Below are positions 11,611-18,756 of a DNA stretch of 64,000 bases, in pieces. Under the pieces are notes generated by a model. It was not told the origin of the DNA. It saw only the letters and a program-made list of their open reading frames with translations, and searched no databases. The stretch is from NCBI GenBank assembly GCA_963749655.1, contig CAVVOB010000028.1, forward strand, positions 160,001-224,000. Direction: 5' to 3'. A program made the translations under genes and the position numbers. This DNA comes from Nitrospirota bacterium. Its GTDB lineage: Bacteria; Nitrospirota; UBA9217. How positions within the stretch are numbered: position 1 is the first letter of the stretch; the number at the start of each line of letters is the position of its first letter.

Positions 11611-11776
11611 GCGAAGCCCCCCCGCTCAGTTCTTTTTCAGGCAGGTCGTTGTTGTCGTACGCTTGAAATGCAGCAAAGGACAGTATCGATTCGCAGGATA
11701 ATAATATAGTAGCATAACGACAGAAGGAGAGCAATCAAGGCGGTAAAAAACTTGAGGCAGTCGTCACCCCACGGTG

Positions 11777-12664
11777 TCATTTTCCCGAAGGTCGGGATCC
11801 CGAGAAGAGCCGGTGCATGGCCGGAGCAATGACGATGGTCAGCAGGGCAAGCGCGATGCCGGCCAGGACATCGATTACGTAATGATATCTGAGGTACACG
11901 GTTGAGATGATCAGGGCTGCCGCTGCAGGCGCCAGGACCCGGAAAAGCGCTTTCTCCCGAAACTTGCCTGCGAAGCAGAGCGTCACCAGAGCCACGGCGG
12001 TATGTCCGCTCGGAAAGGCATCGGTCTTGTTGCGCTCGAGCATATCGAGGGTCTGTTGTATCCACGAGGTGATCGGCCCTCTCTGGAGCTCCGCAGTCTG
12101 CAGGTGGTTCAGGGTGAACCGGGGCCCGACTGCGGGAAAAAGCAGATACCCGGCGTAGGAAAGATAAAAACAGAGAAGGAGAGCAAAGACCGCGGCTTCA
12201 AACTCGTTCTCCTTTCCCCCGGCAAAAAGCAGGACAGCGAGCGAGATCGGCATGAAATAGTAGCTGATGTATGCGATCTGGAGCACCGCGGTGAGCCAGG
12301 CATTATTGAATCGTTCCATCCATACGGTGGGATGAACGGCAAAGAGCAGGTGGTCGACTCGGATCAGGACATCGTCGTAGTATCTGCTCCGGACCAGGGG
12401 AATGATGTCGCCGAGGCTGTTGAAAATAACGACGACCGCAATGATCGGGAAGAAGGCGTGCAGGAGCCTGAAAAATCCCTTTCCGGAGTACCTTTCCTTG
12501 AGCGCAGCGAGTGCAATGACGGCGAGCGCCAGCAAGGCGTACTTGAGGATGATCTGGGGCCATGACGCAATCGATGGAGTGTTAAGCAGGACCGTTGCGG
12601 CAAGCATCCCGATGAAAAAAAGGGTGAGGCGGTCAGCTGGATTCAGTCGGGTCCGCATACGCAT
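11777..12664 (-). CDS. Membrane PAP2-family protein, Aur1/IPC synthase-like
   Basis: Multiple TM helices; YLLFPAVGPR, DAFPSGHTA, STVYLRYHYVIDVLAG motifs. Confidence 0.85.
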   Translation of the reverse strand: MRMRTRLNPADRLTLFFIGMLAATVLLNTPSIASWPQIILKYALLALAVIALAALKERYSGKGFFRLLHAFFPIIAVVVIFNSLGDIIPLVRSRYYDDVLIRVDHLLFAVHPTVWMERFNNAWLTAVLQIAYISYYFMPISLAVLLFAGGKENEFEAAVFALLLCFYLSYAGYLLFPAVGPRFTLNHLQTAELQRGPITSWIQQTLDMLERNKTDAFPSGHTAVALVTLCFAGKFREKALFRVLAPAAAALIISTVYLRYHYVIDVLAGIALALLTIVIAPAMHRLFSGSRPSGK

Positions 12665-12671
12665 AGACAGG

Positions 12672-12700
12672 GTTATACAATACTTGGTGCTGAAAAGCAA
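12672..12700 (-). promoter_or_regulatory. Sigma70-type promoter, probably leaderless, for PAP2 gene
   Basis: TTGCTT-17nt-TATAAC-7nt-ATG, no SD. Confidence 0.5.
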
Positions 12701-12836
12701 GGAAAGCAACTGAAGAATGTTTTGAAAACCATCGGATACGGGCGAGCTTCTCGATGCACCGGCCGACGCAAAACTGAATGGCCTCTTGTGCAGTTATCCT
12801 ACTTTCCGAGGTTGTCCCATTGTTCATACATTTTTC

Positions 12837-13163
12837 TTAGGCAACCCTTATTTTTCCCCTGTTCGGCGGCAGATTTTTTAGGATAAGAAAGGCCCACAAA
12901 TTGAACACAAATCCTAAAAAGAACCATAACGTTTGATTTCTACTTTTTCTCTTTGCGAGTCTGTAATCCAGAATTCCGAATACAACACCAAGTACAACGA
13001 AGCCAACTATGTTGAACATATTGAGATAAAACAAAGAAAAATTTCTCTTAGGCAGAGTAGCAATGTAATTATATATAAATTTGTTCACTCCTGATAGTTG
13101 TGCAGCCGTAAGTAACGTTGCGATAGCAATACAAGTAGTTAATGTATTTTTTAAAAATTTCAT
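12837..13163 (-). CDS. Small AT-rich membrane protein, hypothetical
   Basis: ~108 aa, about 3 hydrophobic segments, visibly low GC. Confidence 0.6.
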   Translation of the reverse strand: MKFLKNTLTTCIAIATLLTAAQLSGVNKFIYNYIATLPKRNFSLFYLNMFNIVGFVVLGVVFGILDYRLAKRKSRNQTLWFFLGFVFNLWAFLILKNLPPNRGKIRVA

Positions 13164-13259
13164 TTGCTTAAACTCCCGGGGAAACAAATGGGATCAGGCA
13201 TCTGAAACGAGTTCTTTCGTGCTGCCTCCGGATCCCCAGAACCGTGCGTAAACAAGCCC

Positions 13260-14792
13260 CTAGCTCACCCTTCTGTCCAGGCTCCGGTACTGGATGGCTT
13301 CCGAGATATGGTGCGAAACGATCGCCTCGCTGCCTTCGAGATCGGCAATGGTCCGGGAGACTTTGAGAATGCGGTTGTAGGCGCGGGCGGAGAGGCCGAG
13401 GCGGTTCATGGCCGTCTCCATCAACCGGAGGCTGTCTTCGTCGATTTTGCAGTGCTTGCGGATGTGCCGCGGCTTCATCTGCGCGTTGGCATAGATGCTG
13501 TCGCTTTTGAACCGCTCCTGCTGGACCGTTCGCGCCCGCGTCACCCGCTCGCGGATGGACGTCGACGGTTCGGCTATCACATCCGAGGCGATCTCGCCAA
13601 ACTTGATGGCCGGGACCTCGATGTGAATGTCGATGCGGTCGAGAAGGGGGCCGGACACGCGCGACCGGTATGACTGGATCTGATGGGGCGTGCAGAGACA
13701 CTGATGCACCGGGTCGCCGTGGAAGCCGCACTTGCAGGGGTTCATGGCCGCGACCAGCATCAACGATGCGGGATAGGTGAGCGAGGTCACGGCGCGGGAG
13801 ATCGTGACCTGGCCGTCCTCAAGAGGCTGGCGGAGCGCTTCGAGCACGTTTCGTTTGAACTCAGGCAGCTCGTCGAGGAACAGCACGCCGTTATGCGACA
13901 GACTAACCTCGCCGGGCCTGGGCACCTGGCCGCCGCCGATCAGGCCTGCGTCGGAAATGGTGTGGTGCGGACTGCGGAAGGGCCTCGCTGCAATGAGCGG
14001 CTGCCCCTGCTTCAGGAGGCCCATGATGCTGTGGATCTTCGTGGTCTCGATCGACTCATCGAAGTTCATGCGGGGCAGGACCGACGGCAGGCGCCGGGCG
14101 AGCATGGTCTTTCCCGAACCGGGCGGTCCGATCATGATGATGTTGTGGCCGCCTGCTGCCGCGACCTCGATCGCGCGCTTGGCGTGCTCCTGCCCCTTTA
14201 CTTCGAAAAAATCCTCGGGGTAGGAAGAAAAGGCTTCGAAGGCGTTCGGCAGATCGATCCGTACCGGCTCCGGCCGGGCTGAACCGGTCAGGAACTCTAC
14301 GACCTCGGGAAGCGTATGCATGCCGTAGATGTTCACCGACTCGACAACTGCCGCCTCGGCTGCATTGTCGGCGGGGATCACCATGGCGCGGTAGCCCGTC
14401 TTCTTGGCGAGCACGGCCATGGAAAGGGCGCCCCGCACCGGCTTGACCCTGCCGTCGAGGGAAAGCTCGCCCACGATGAGGAGGCCCTGCACCATCTCCT
14501 GTGTCAGGATTCCCTCGGCGATCAGCATGCCGATCGCGATGGGCAGGTCGAAAGCCGAGCCCTCCTTCTTGATGTCCGCAGGGGCGAGGTTCACCACGAC
14601 CTGCTTGAGCGGAAAATCGAAGCCCGTGTTCTTGAGCGCCGCACGCACGCGCTCCTTGCTCTCCTTCACGGCCGCATCGGGCAGGCCCACGGTGGCGAAA
14701 AAGGGAAGTCCTCTGCTCGTGACGTCGACCTCGACTTCAACGGGATAGGCATCAATGCCGAGCACGGCGGAGCTGATGACCTTGGAGAGCAT
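13260..14792 (-). CDS. comM: ComM/YifB Mg-chelatase-like AAA+ ATPase
   Basis: [44 protein letters not shown]. Confidence 0.93.
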   Translation of the reverse strand: MLSKVISSAVLGIDAYPVEVEVDVTSRGLPFFATVGLPDAAVKESKERVRAALKNTGFDFPLKQVVVNLAPADIKKEGSAFDLPIAIGMLIAEGILTQEMVQGLLIVGELSLDGRVKPVRGALSMAVLAKKTGYRAMVIPADNAAEAAVVESVNIYGMHTLPEVVEFLTGSARPEPVRIDLPNAFEAFSSYPEDFFEVKGQEHAKRAIEVAAAGGHNIIMIGPPGSGKTMLARRLPSVLPRMNFDESIETTKIHSIMGLLKQGQPLIAARPFRSPHHTISDAGLIGGGQVPRPGEVSLSHNGVLFLDELPEFKRNVLEALRQPLEDGQVTISRAVTSLTYPASLMLVAAMNPCKCGFHGDPVHQCLCTPHQIQSYRSRVSGPLLDRIDIHIEVPAIKFGEIASDVIAEPSTSIRERVTRARTVQQERFKSDSIYANAQMKPRHIRKHCKIDEDSLRLMETAMNRLGLSARAYNRILKVSRTIADLEGSEAIVSHHISEAIQYRSLDRRVS

Positions 14793-14807
14793 AAGAGCTC
14801 CTTTTTT

Positions 14808-14840
14808 AATGCGGAATGCGGATTACGGAATGCGAAATGA
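14808..14840. repeat. AATGCGG heptamer tandem repeat
   Basis: aatgcgg-aatgcgg-attacgg-aatgcga. Confidence 0.65.
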
Positions 14841-15020
14841 AGGGCATGAACCCTTACTCCGAATACGTGAATGGATGACAGCGAGAATAGCAGAGAACTG
14901 AGAGAATTGTCAAACGGAAAGTATTCGGATGCGGATTGCGATGCGGGTGAATGGGGTCAAGGGTAACGTTGCAAGGAGGAAGATTTTTGATCCCTTGCAA
15001 CTTGCTCCTGCTGCTTTAAC

Positions 15021-15085
15021 CTTGCTGCTTGCTACTTGCTACTGGACCCTGGCCCCTGGCTGCCGGCCCCTGCTTCCTGACCCTT
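15021..15085. repeat. Degenerate heptamer repeats overlapping the 3' end of the NlpC fusion gene
   Basis: cttgctg-cttgcta-cttgcta-ctggacc-ctggccc-ctggctg-ccggccc-ctgcttc-ctgaccc. Confidence 0.55.
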
Positions 15086-16702
15086 TGCTTCTTCCTGCTC
15101 GAAACGCGTAACAAAAGCGCCGATGAACTTCATATTCCGTACGTAGTCGGCAAAAGGCACTTCCCTCACCACGCCGCCGCCGGGACGGCCGGGCCGTTCC
15201 TTGTCGCCTGCGGCATGAATGACGTAGGGCTTGCCCGACTTGATATGGACCACGGAAAGATGGGCCACAATCTCTTCAACCATGCGCTTCTTCGGGTCCT
15301 TTACCCAGAAGATGATGTCTCCGTCCTGAAGCTTTTTCTGGAGCGTTCTGGTCAGGAGCGCTTGCTTCGGAAGAATGTCGACGGTTTCCCTGCCCCGCGA
15401 GCCCGGGATCGCGCTTGCCGCTCCGAGGTCGGCGGTTATGTTCTTCCCCCACTTGTTGCTCATGACCATGTCTTCGCCGTACTGGAAACGATCGTCATAA
15501 TTCGACACGATGCCGTTCGAGAGCTTCCCCCGGGTCATGAAGCGCAGGTCGAGCGCCTTCGCGACTGCTTCGCCGGGCGTGCTCGTTTCGGCAAGCTCGA
15601 CCGAACGGAAGGCGTGGTACATGCAGTCGACCTTCTCATCAGCGACGATGCGATTGGTCCGGACGTAGAGGCCGAGGGGATCGGGGTCATAGGGAGTGCC
15701 GATGAAGCGGCCCGCCCAGTAGGCAATGCGTTTGCCCAGCGGCATTCCCGCGGTCCGCGCCTGCGCAAGGAGGATCTCTTCGGCGGTCATGTCGACAGGC
15801 CGCTTGCGCTCGTTCAGGCCGGCGTCGATTATCCGCAGTCCGTACTGAAGCGAACGGGCGTACCGCGCCTCATGAATGCCCGCCGCCTGGACCGCGCCCT
15901 TGCGGGCTATCTGAAGGAACTGACCGTTCCCCAGATACAAGCCCTCCTGCTCGCCGTAAAATACGAGGATGTCTCCGGCCGCGAGGTCCTGCTTCGATAC
16001 CCGATCGGCCTGGGTCTGGAGCGCCGACAATCCGCGGCCGAGCGGGAAGCCGTGGATGCGGTACGTGATCTCGATCAGGCCGTTGATATCGATGCCCTGG
16101 GTGGTCATGCCGCCCTGGAGATACCGGACGCCGCGGAAACGCTTGGCGGTGTTTGCGATATCGTCGGGCCTCGTGAGGTTCAGCACGGGGTCGGTGTTTT
16201 TGACCGGCATCGCATCGTCCGACTCGATGATCGCGACGGACCGGTCCGGGAACCGGACCTTGTACCCTTCCTGCGTTTTCTCGACGACCGGCAGGCGGGT
16301 GCCTCCGTAGAGCGGCACCTTGTGGTTGCCGGTCCTGTCCAGGATCAATGCCTCGGTTTTGGGAACGGAAACGACGATCCAGGTGCGGTCGGTGTTGAGG
16401 TAGTGGCGTCCCCCGTCCTTGGGAAGCAGAACGGCCTCCTGCTGGACCCATCCCTCACGATCGCCCTGACCAGGAATGAGAACGCGGTAGCGGTTGTCCT
16501 GCTTGCCGAGAATGCGGACCTCGTCGCCCATGAGCACCTGGGTGGCGAGCGTCGATTTGGGCACCGGCTCCTCGTGAACGTTCGCGAGCGGAGCGGCAAT
16601 GATGCCCGAGAGTATGCGGGAAGGATCCTGCGCCGGCAGTGTCGTGGTGGCAAAGAGGAAGAAGAACAGAAACGGGACGGCTGTAAGGAGCTTGTTTTTC
16701 AT
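15032..16702 (-). CDS. Secreted SH3 + NlpC/P60-like + DUF1460 (amidase-like) peptidoglycan protein
   Basis: Signal peptide; YkfC-like SH3 (TQVLMGDEV, EGWV); NlpC-like RYLQGG..GIDINGL; C-terminal FIGTPY...VDCM and HL/HA motifs. Confidence 0.75.
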   Translation of the reverse strand: MKNKLLTAVPFLFFFLFATTTLPAQDPSRILSGIIAAPLANVHEEPVPKSTLATQVLMGDEVRILGKQDNRYRVLIPGQGDREGWVQQEAVLLPKDGGRHYLNTDRTWIVVSVPKTEALILDRTGNHKVPLYGGTRLPVVEKTQEGYKVRFPDRSVAIIESDDAMPVKNTDPVLNLTRPDDIANTAKRFRGVRYLQGGMTTQGIDINGLIEITYRIHGFPLGRGLSALQTQADRVSKQDLAAGDILVFYGEQEGLYLGNGQFLQIARKGAVQAAGIHEARYARSLQYGLRIIDAGLNERKRPVDMTAEEILLAQARTAGMPLGKRIAYWAGRFIGTPYDPDPLGLYVRTNRIVADEKVDCMYHAFRSVELAETSTPGEAVAKALDLRFMTRGKLSNGIVSNYDDRFQYGEDMVMSNKWGKNITADLGAASAIPGSRGRETVDILPKQALLTRTLQKKLQDGDIIFWVKDPKKRMVEEIVAHLSVVHIKSGKPYVIHAAGDKERPGRPGGGVVREVPFADYVRNMKFIGAFVTRFEQEEAKGQEAGAGSQGPGSSSK

Positions 16703-16761
16703 TGGAGTACTGAGGAAAGCTTACGGTGGCATCCCGCGCGGTCCTGCGGGATGAAAAAAAA

Positions 16762-16846
16762 TGGTGCCGAAGGGGGGACTCGAACCCCCATGGCTTGCGC
16801 CACACGCCCCTCAAACGTGCGTGTCTACCAGTTCCACCACTTCGGC
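16762..16846 (-). tRNA. tRNA-Leu(GAG)
   Basis: GCCGAAGTGGTGGAACTGGTAGAC...anticodon loop TTGAGGG, long variable arm, GTTCGAGTC, ends in ACCA. Confidence 0.96.
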
Positions 16847-16860
16847 ACTTGTAAAAACTC

Positions 16861-16931
16861 AGCCGCAGAGTACACTGAGATCACAGAGCGAACGGACGGC
16901 GATGAGCCTGCTCTGGATGTTCTCTGCGGTT
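16861..16931. repeat. Nonamer-type inverted tandem repeat pair
   Basis: agccgcagag-tacactgag-atcacagag ... ctctggatgttctctgcggtt between ilvE and the tRNA. Confidence 0.55.
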
Positions 16932-16940
16932 AGATGGGCT

Positions 16941-17882
16941 TTATTTCTTCATCGCCGGCTGCTTCGCATGCGCCGGAGTGAGCCAGTCTGAATGCAAGCC
17001 CGCGCGGCCGTGGACGATATCGAAGAACGCCGCCTGCAGGTCCTTGGTAACCGGCCCCGGCTTTCCTTTGCCGATCGTCCGGTTGTCCACTTCGCGGATC
17101 GGGGTGATTTCCGCCGCGGTGCCGCTGAAGAACGCCTCGTCGGCGATGTACAGCTCGTCGCGCGTGAACCGTTCCTCGACGACGCGCATTCCCCGCTCCG
17201 CGGCAAGCTGCATGATCGTATCGCGCGTGATGCCTTCGAGGATCGAGGTGAGCGGCGGCGTCTTGATCACGCCTTTGCGGACCATGAAAATATTTTCGCC
17301 GCTGCCCTCCGCCACGTAGCCGTCGGTGTCGAGCAGGACGGCCTCATCATACCCGTCCTTGAGCGCTTCGCGCTTGGCAAGAAGCGAGTTTGCATAATTT
17401 GCCGTGGTCTTCGAACGGACCATGGTGGCGTTGACATGGGGACGGCTGTACGACGCTATTTTGACGCGGATGCCTTTCTCGAGGCCTTCATCGCCGAGAT
17501 AGCTTCCCCAGGGCCAGACCGCGATCGAAACCTGTATGGGATTGTCCGCCGGAAAAACCCCCATGGCGCCGTAGCCGATATACGCCAGCGGCCTGATATA
17601 GCATGCATCGATCTTGTTTACGCGGATGGTTTCGAGGGTCGCCTCGACGACCGCCTCCCGGGTGAAGGGCATCTCCATCTGCAGGATATGAGCGGAGTCG
17701 AAGAAACGATCGATGTGCTCCCGCAGACGGAAAACGGCGGGGCCGCTGTCCGTCTTGTAGCAGCGGATGCCCTCGAACACGCCCGTTCCGTAGTGAAGGG
17801 AATGGGTCAGGATGTGCGTCGTTGCGTCCTTCCATGCGACGAACGAGCCGTTCATCCATATTTTTTCCGTTGCCTGAAGCAT
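16941..17882 (-). CDS. ilvE: Branched-chain amino acid aminotransferase
   Basis: LHYGTGVFEG, YIRP, EGSGENIF, LEGITR, GTAAEITP. Confidence 0.95.
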   Translation of the reverse strand: MLQATEKIWMNGSFVAWKDATTHILTHSLHYGTGVFEGIRCYKTDSGPAVFRLREHIDRFFDSAHILQMEMPFTREAVVEATLETIRVNKIDACYIRPLAYIGYGAMGVFPADNPIQVSIAVWPWGSYLGDEGLEKGIRVKIASYSRPHVNATMVRSKTTANYANSLLAKREALKDGYDEAVLLDTDGYVAEGSGENIFMVRKGVIKTPPLTSILEGITRDTIMQLAAERGMRVVEERFTRDELYIADEAFFSGTAAEITPIREVDNRTIGKGKPGPVTKDLQAAFFDIVHGRAGLHSDWLTPAHAKQPAMKK

Positions 17883-17968
17883 AGACGACATTTATAACAG
17901 CCTGTGTCTGAATTGTCAAATGTTTTTTTCCCGCTGGTTGCCGCTTGCGAAGGCCGTATGCAGGCGAC

Positions 17969-17997
17969 AAAAAACCCTTTTCCGTGTGGGAAAAGGG
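17969..17997 (-). terminator. Intrinsic terminator after response regulator
   Basis: cccttttcc-acac-ggaaaaggg type hairpin with T run on minus strand. Confidence 0.6.
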
Positions 17998-18108
17998 CGG
18001 CTGGCGTGGTGAAATGAGGGTCCCGTTTGCCGGGTGCCGGTCGCAAGTCAGGAACAGGAGCATGACGCGCGAATCAACGGGCGGTCCCGCGAAGCGGTTA
18101 TTGAACGG

Positions 18109-18732
18109 CTAGATGATGCCGCGCTTTCTCGCCTTGATGATGGCGTCGCTCCGGTCTTTTGCCTGAAGCTTTTCGTAAATATTCTTGATATGAGTGTGGA
18201 CGGTATGGGTGCTGATGCTCAGCCGCTCTCCGATCTCCTTGTACGTCAGCCCCTCTTCCACGCGCTTGACGATCTCGGTTTCCCGCTGGGTCAGCAGAAA
18301 ATCCTCTCCCGTTGCATCGTCCTGAAACTCGTGGATGATCTTGCGGGCGATCTTCGGGCTCATGGGCGCGCCGCCCTTGTAGAGCGAGTGGATCGATTCG
18401 ATGATTTCGCGGGGGCTGCTTCCCTTCAGTATATACCCGGAAGCGCCTGCCTTGATGGCGGAAAACACCTTCTCGCGGTCCTCGAAAACGGTATGGGCCA
18501 TGATCTCGAGGGACGGCATCTCTTCTTTGGCTTTTTTAATGAGCTCCACGCCGCTCATGCCGGGAAGCCCCAGATCGGTCAGCATGACCTCGGGCGCGGC
18601 ATTCCTCAGGGACTTTATGGCGTCTTCGGCCGACCGGTAGGCCCCGGCAACGGTAATGCCTTCTTCGCCTCTCAGGAGCAGCGTGAGATTTTCAAGCAGG
18701 AGGGGGTCGTCTTCAATAATCACAAGTCGCAT
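18109..18732 (-). CDS. NarL/FixJ family response regulator
   Basis: REC domain (IIEDD, TDLGLP, GYILK) plus LuxR HTH (LTQRE..TVHTHIKNIYEKL). Confidence 0.93.
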   Translation of the reverse strand: MRLVIIEDDPLLLENLTLLLRGEEGITVAGAYRSAEDAIKSLRNAAPEVMLTDLGLPGMSGVELIKKAKEEMPSLEIMAHTVFEDREKVFSAIKAGASGYILKGSSPREIIESIHSLYKGGAPMSPKIARKIIHEFQDDATGEDFLLTQRETEIVKRVEEGLTYKEIGERLSISTHTVHTHIKNIYEKLQAKDRSDAIIKARKRGII

Positions 18733-18756
18733 TGGGGTACTCTACCACAAAACGGG

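Noticed and set aside
13260-14792. comM disrupted by a mobile element
   Set aside because: The ORF is intact at 510 aa
16762-16846. tRNA-Leu as an integration site for an island
   Set aside because: No integrase and no duplicated tRNA 3' end seen
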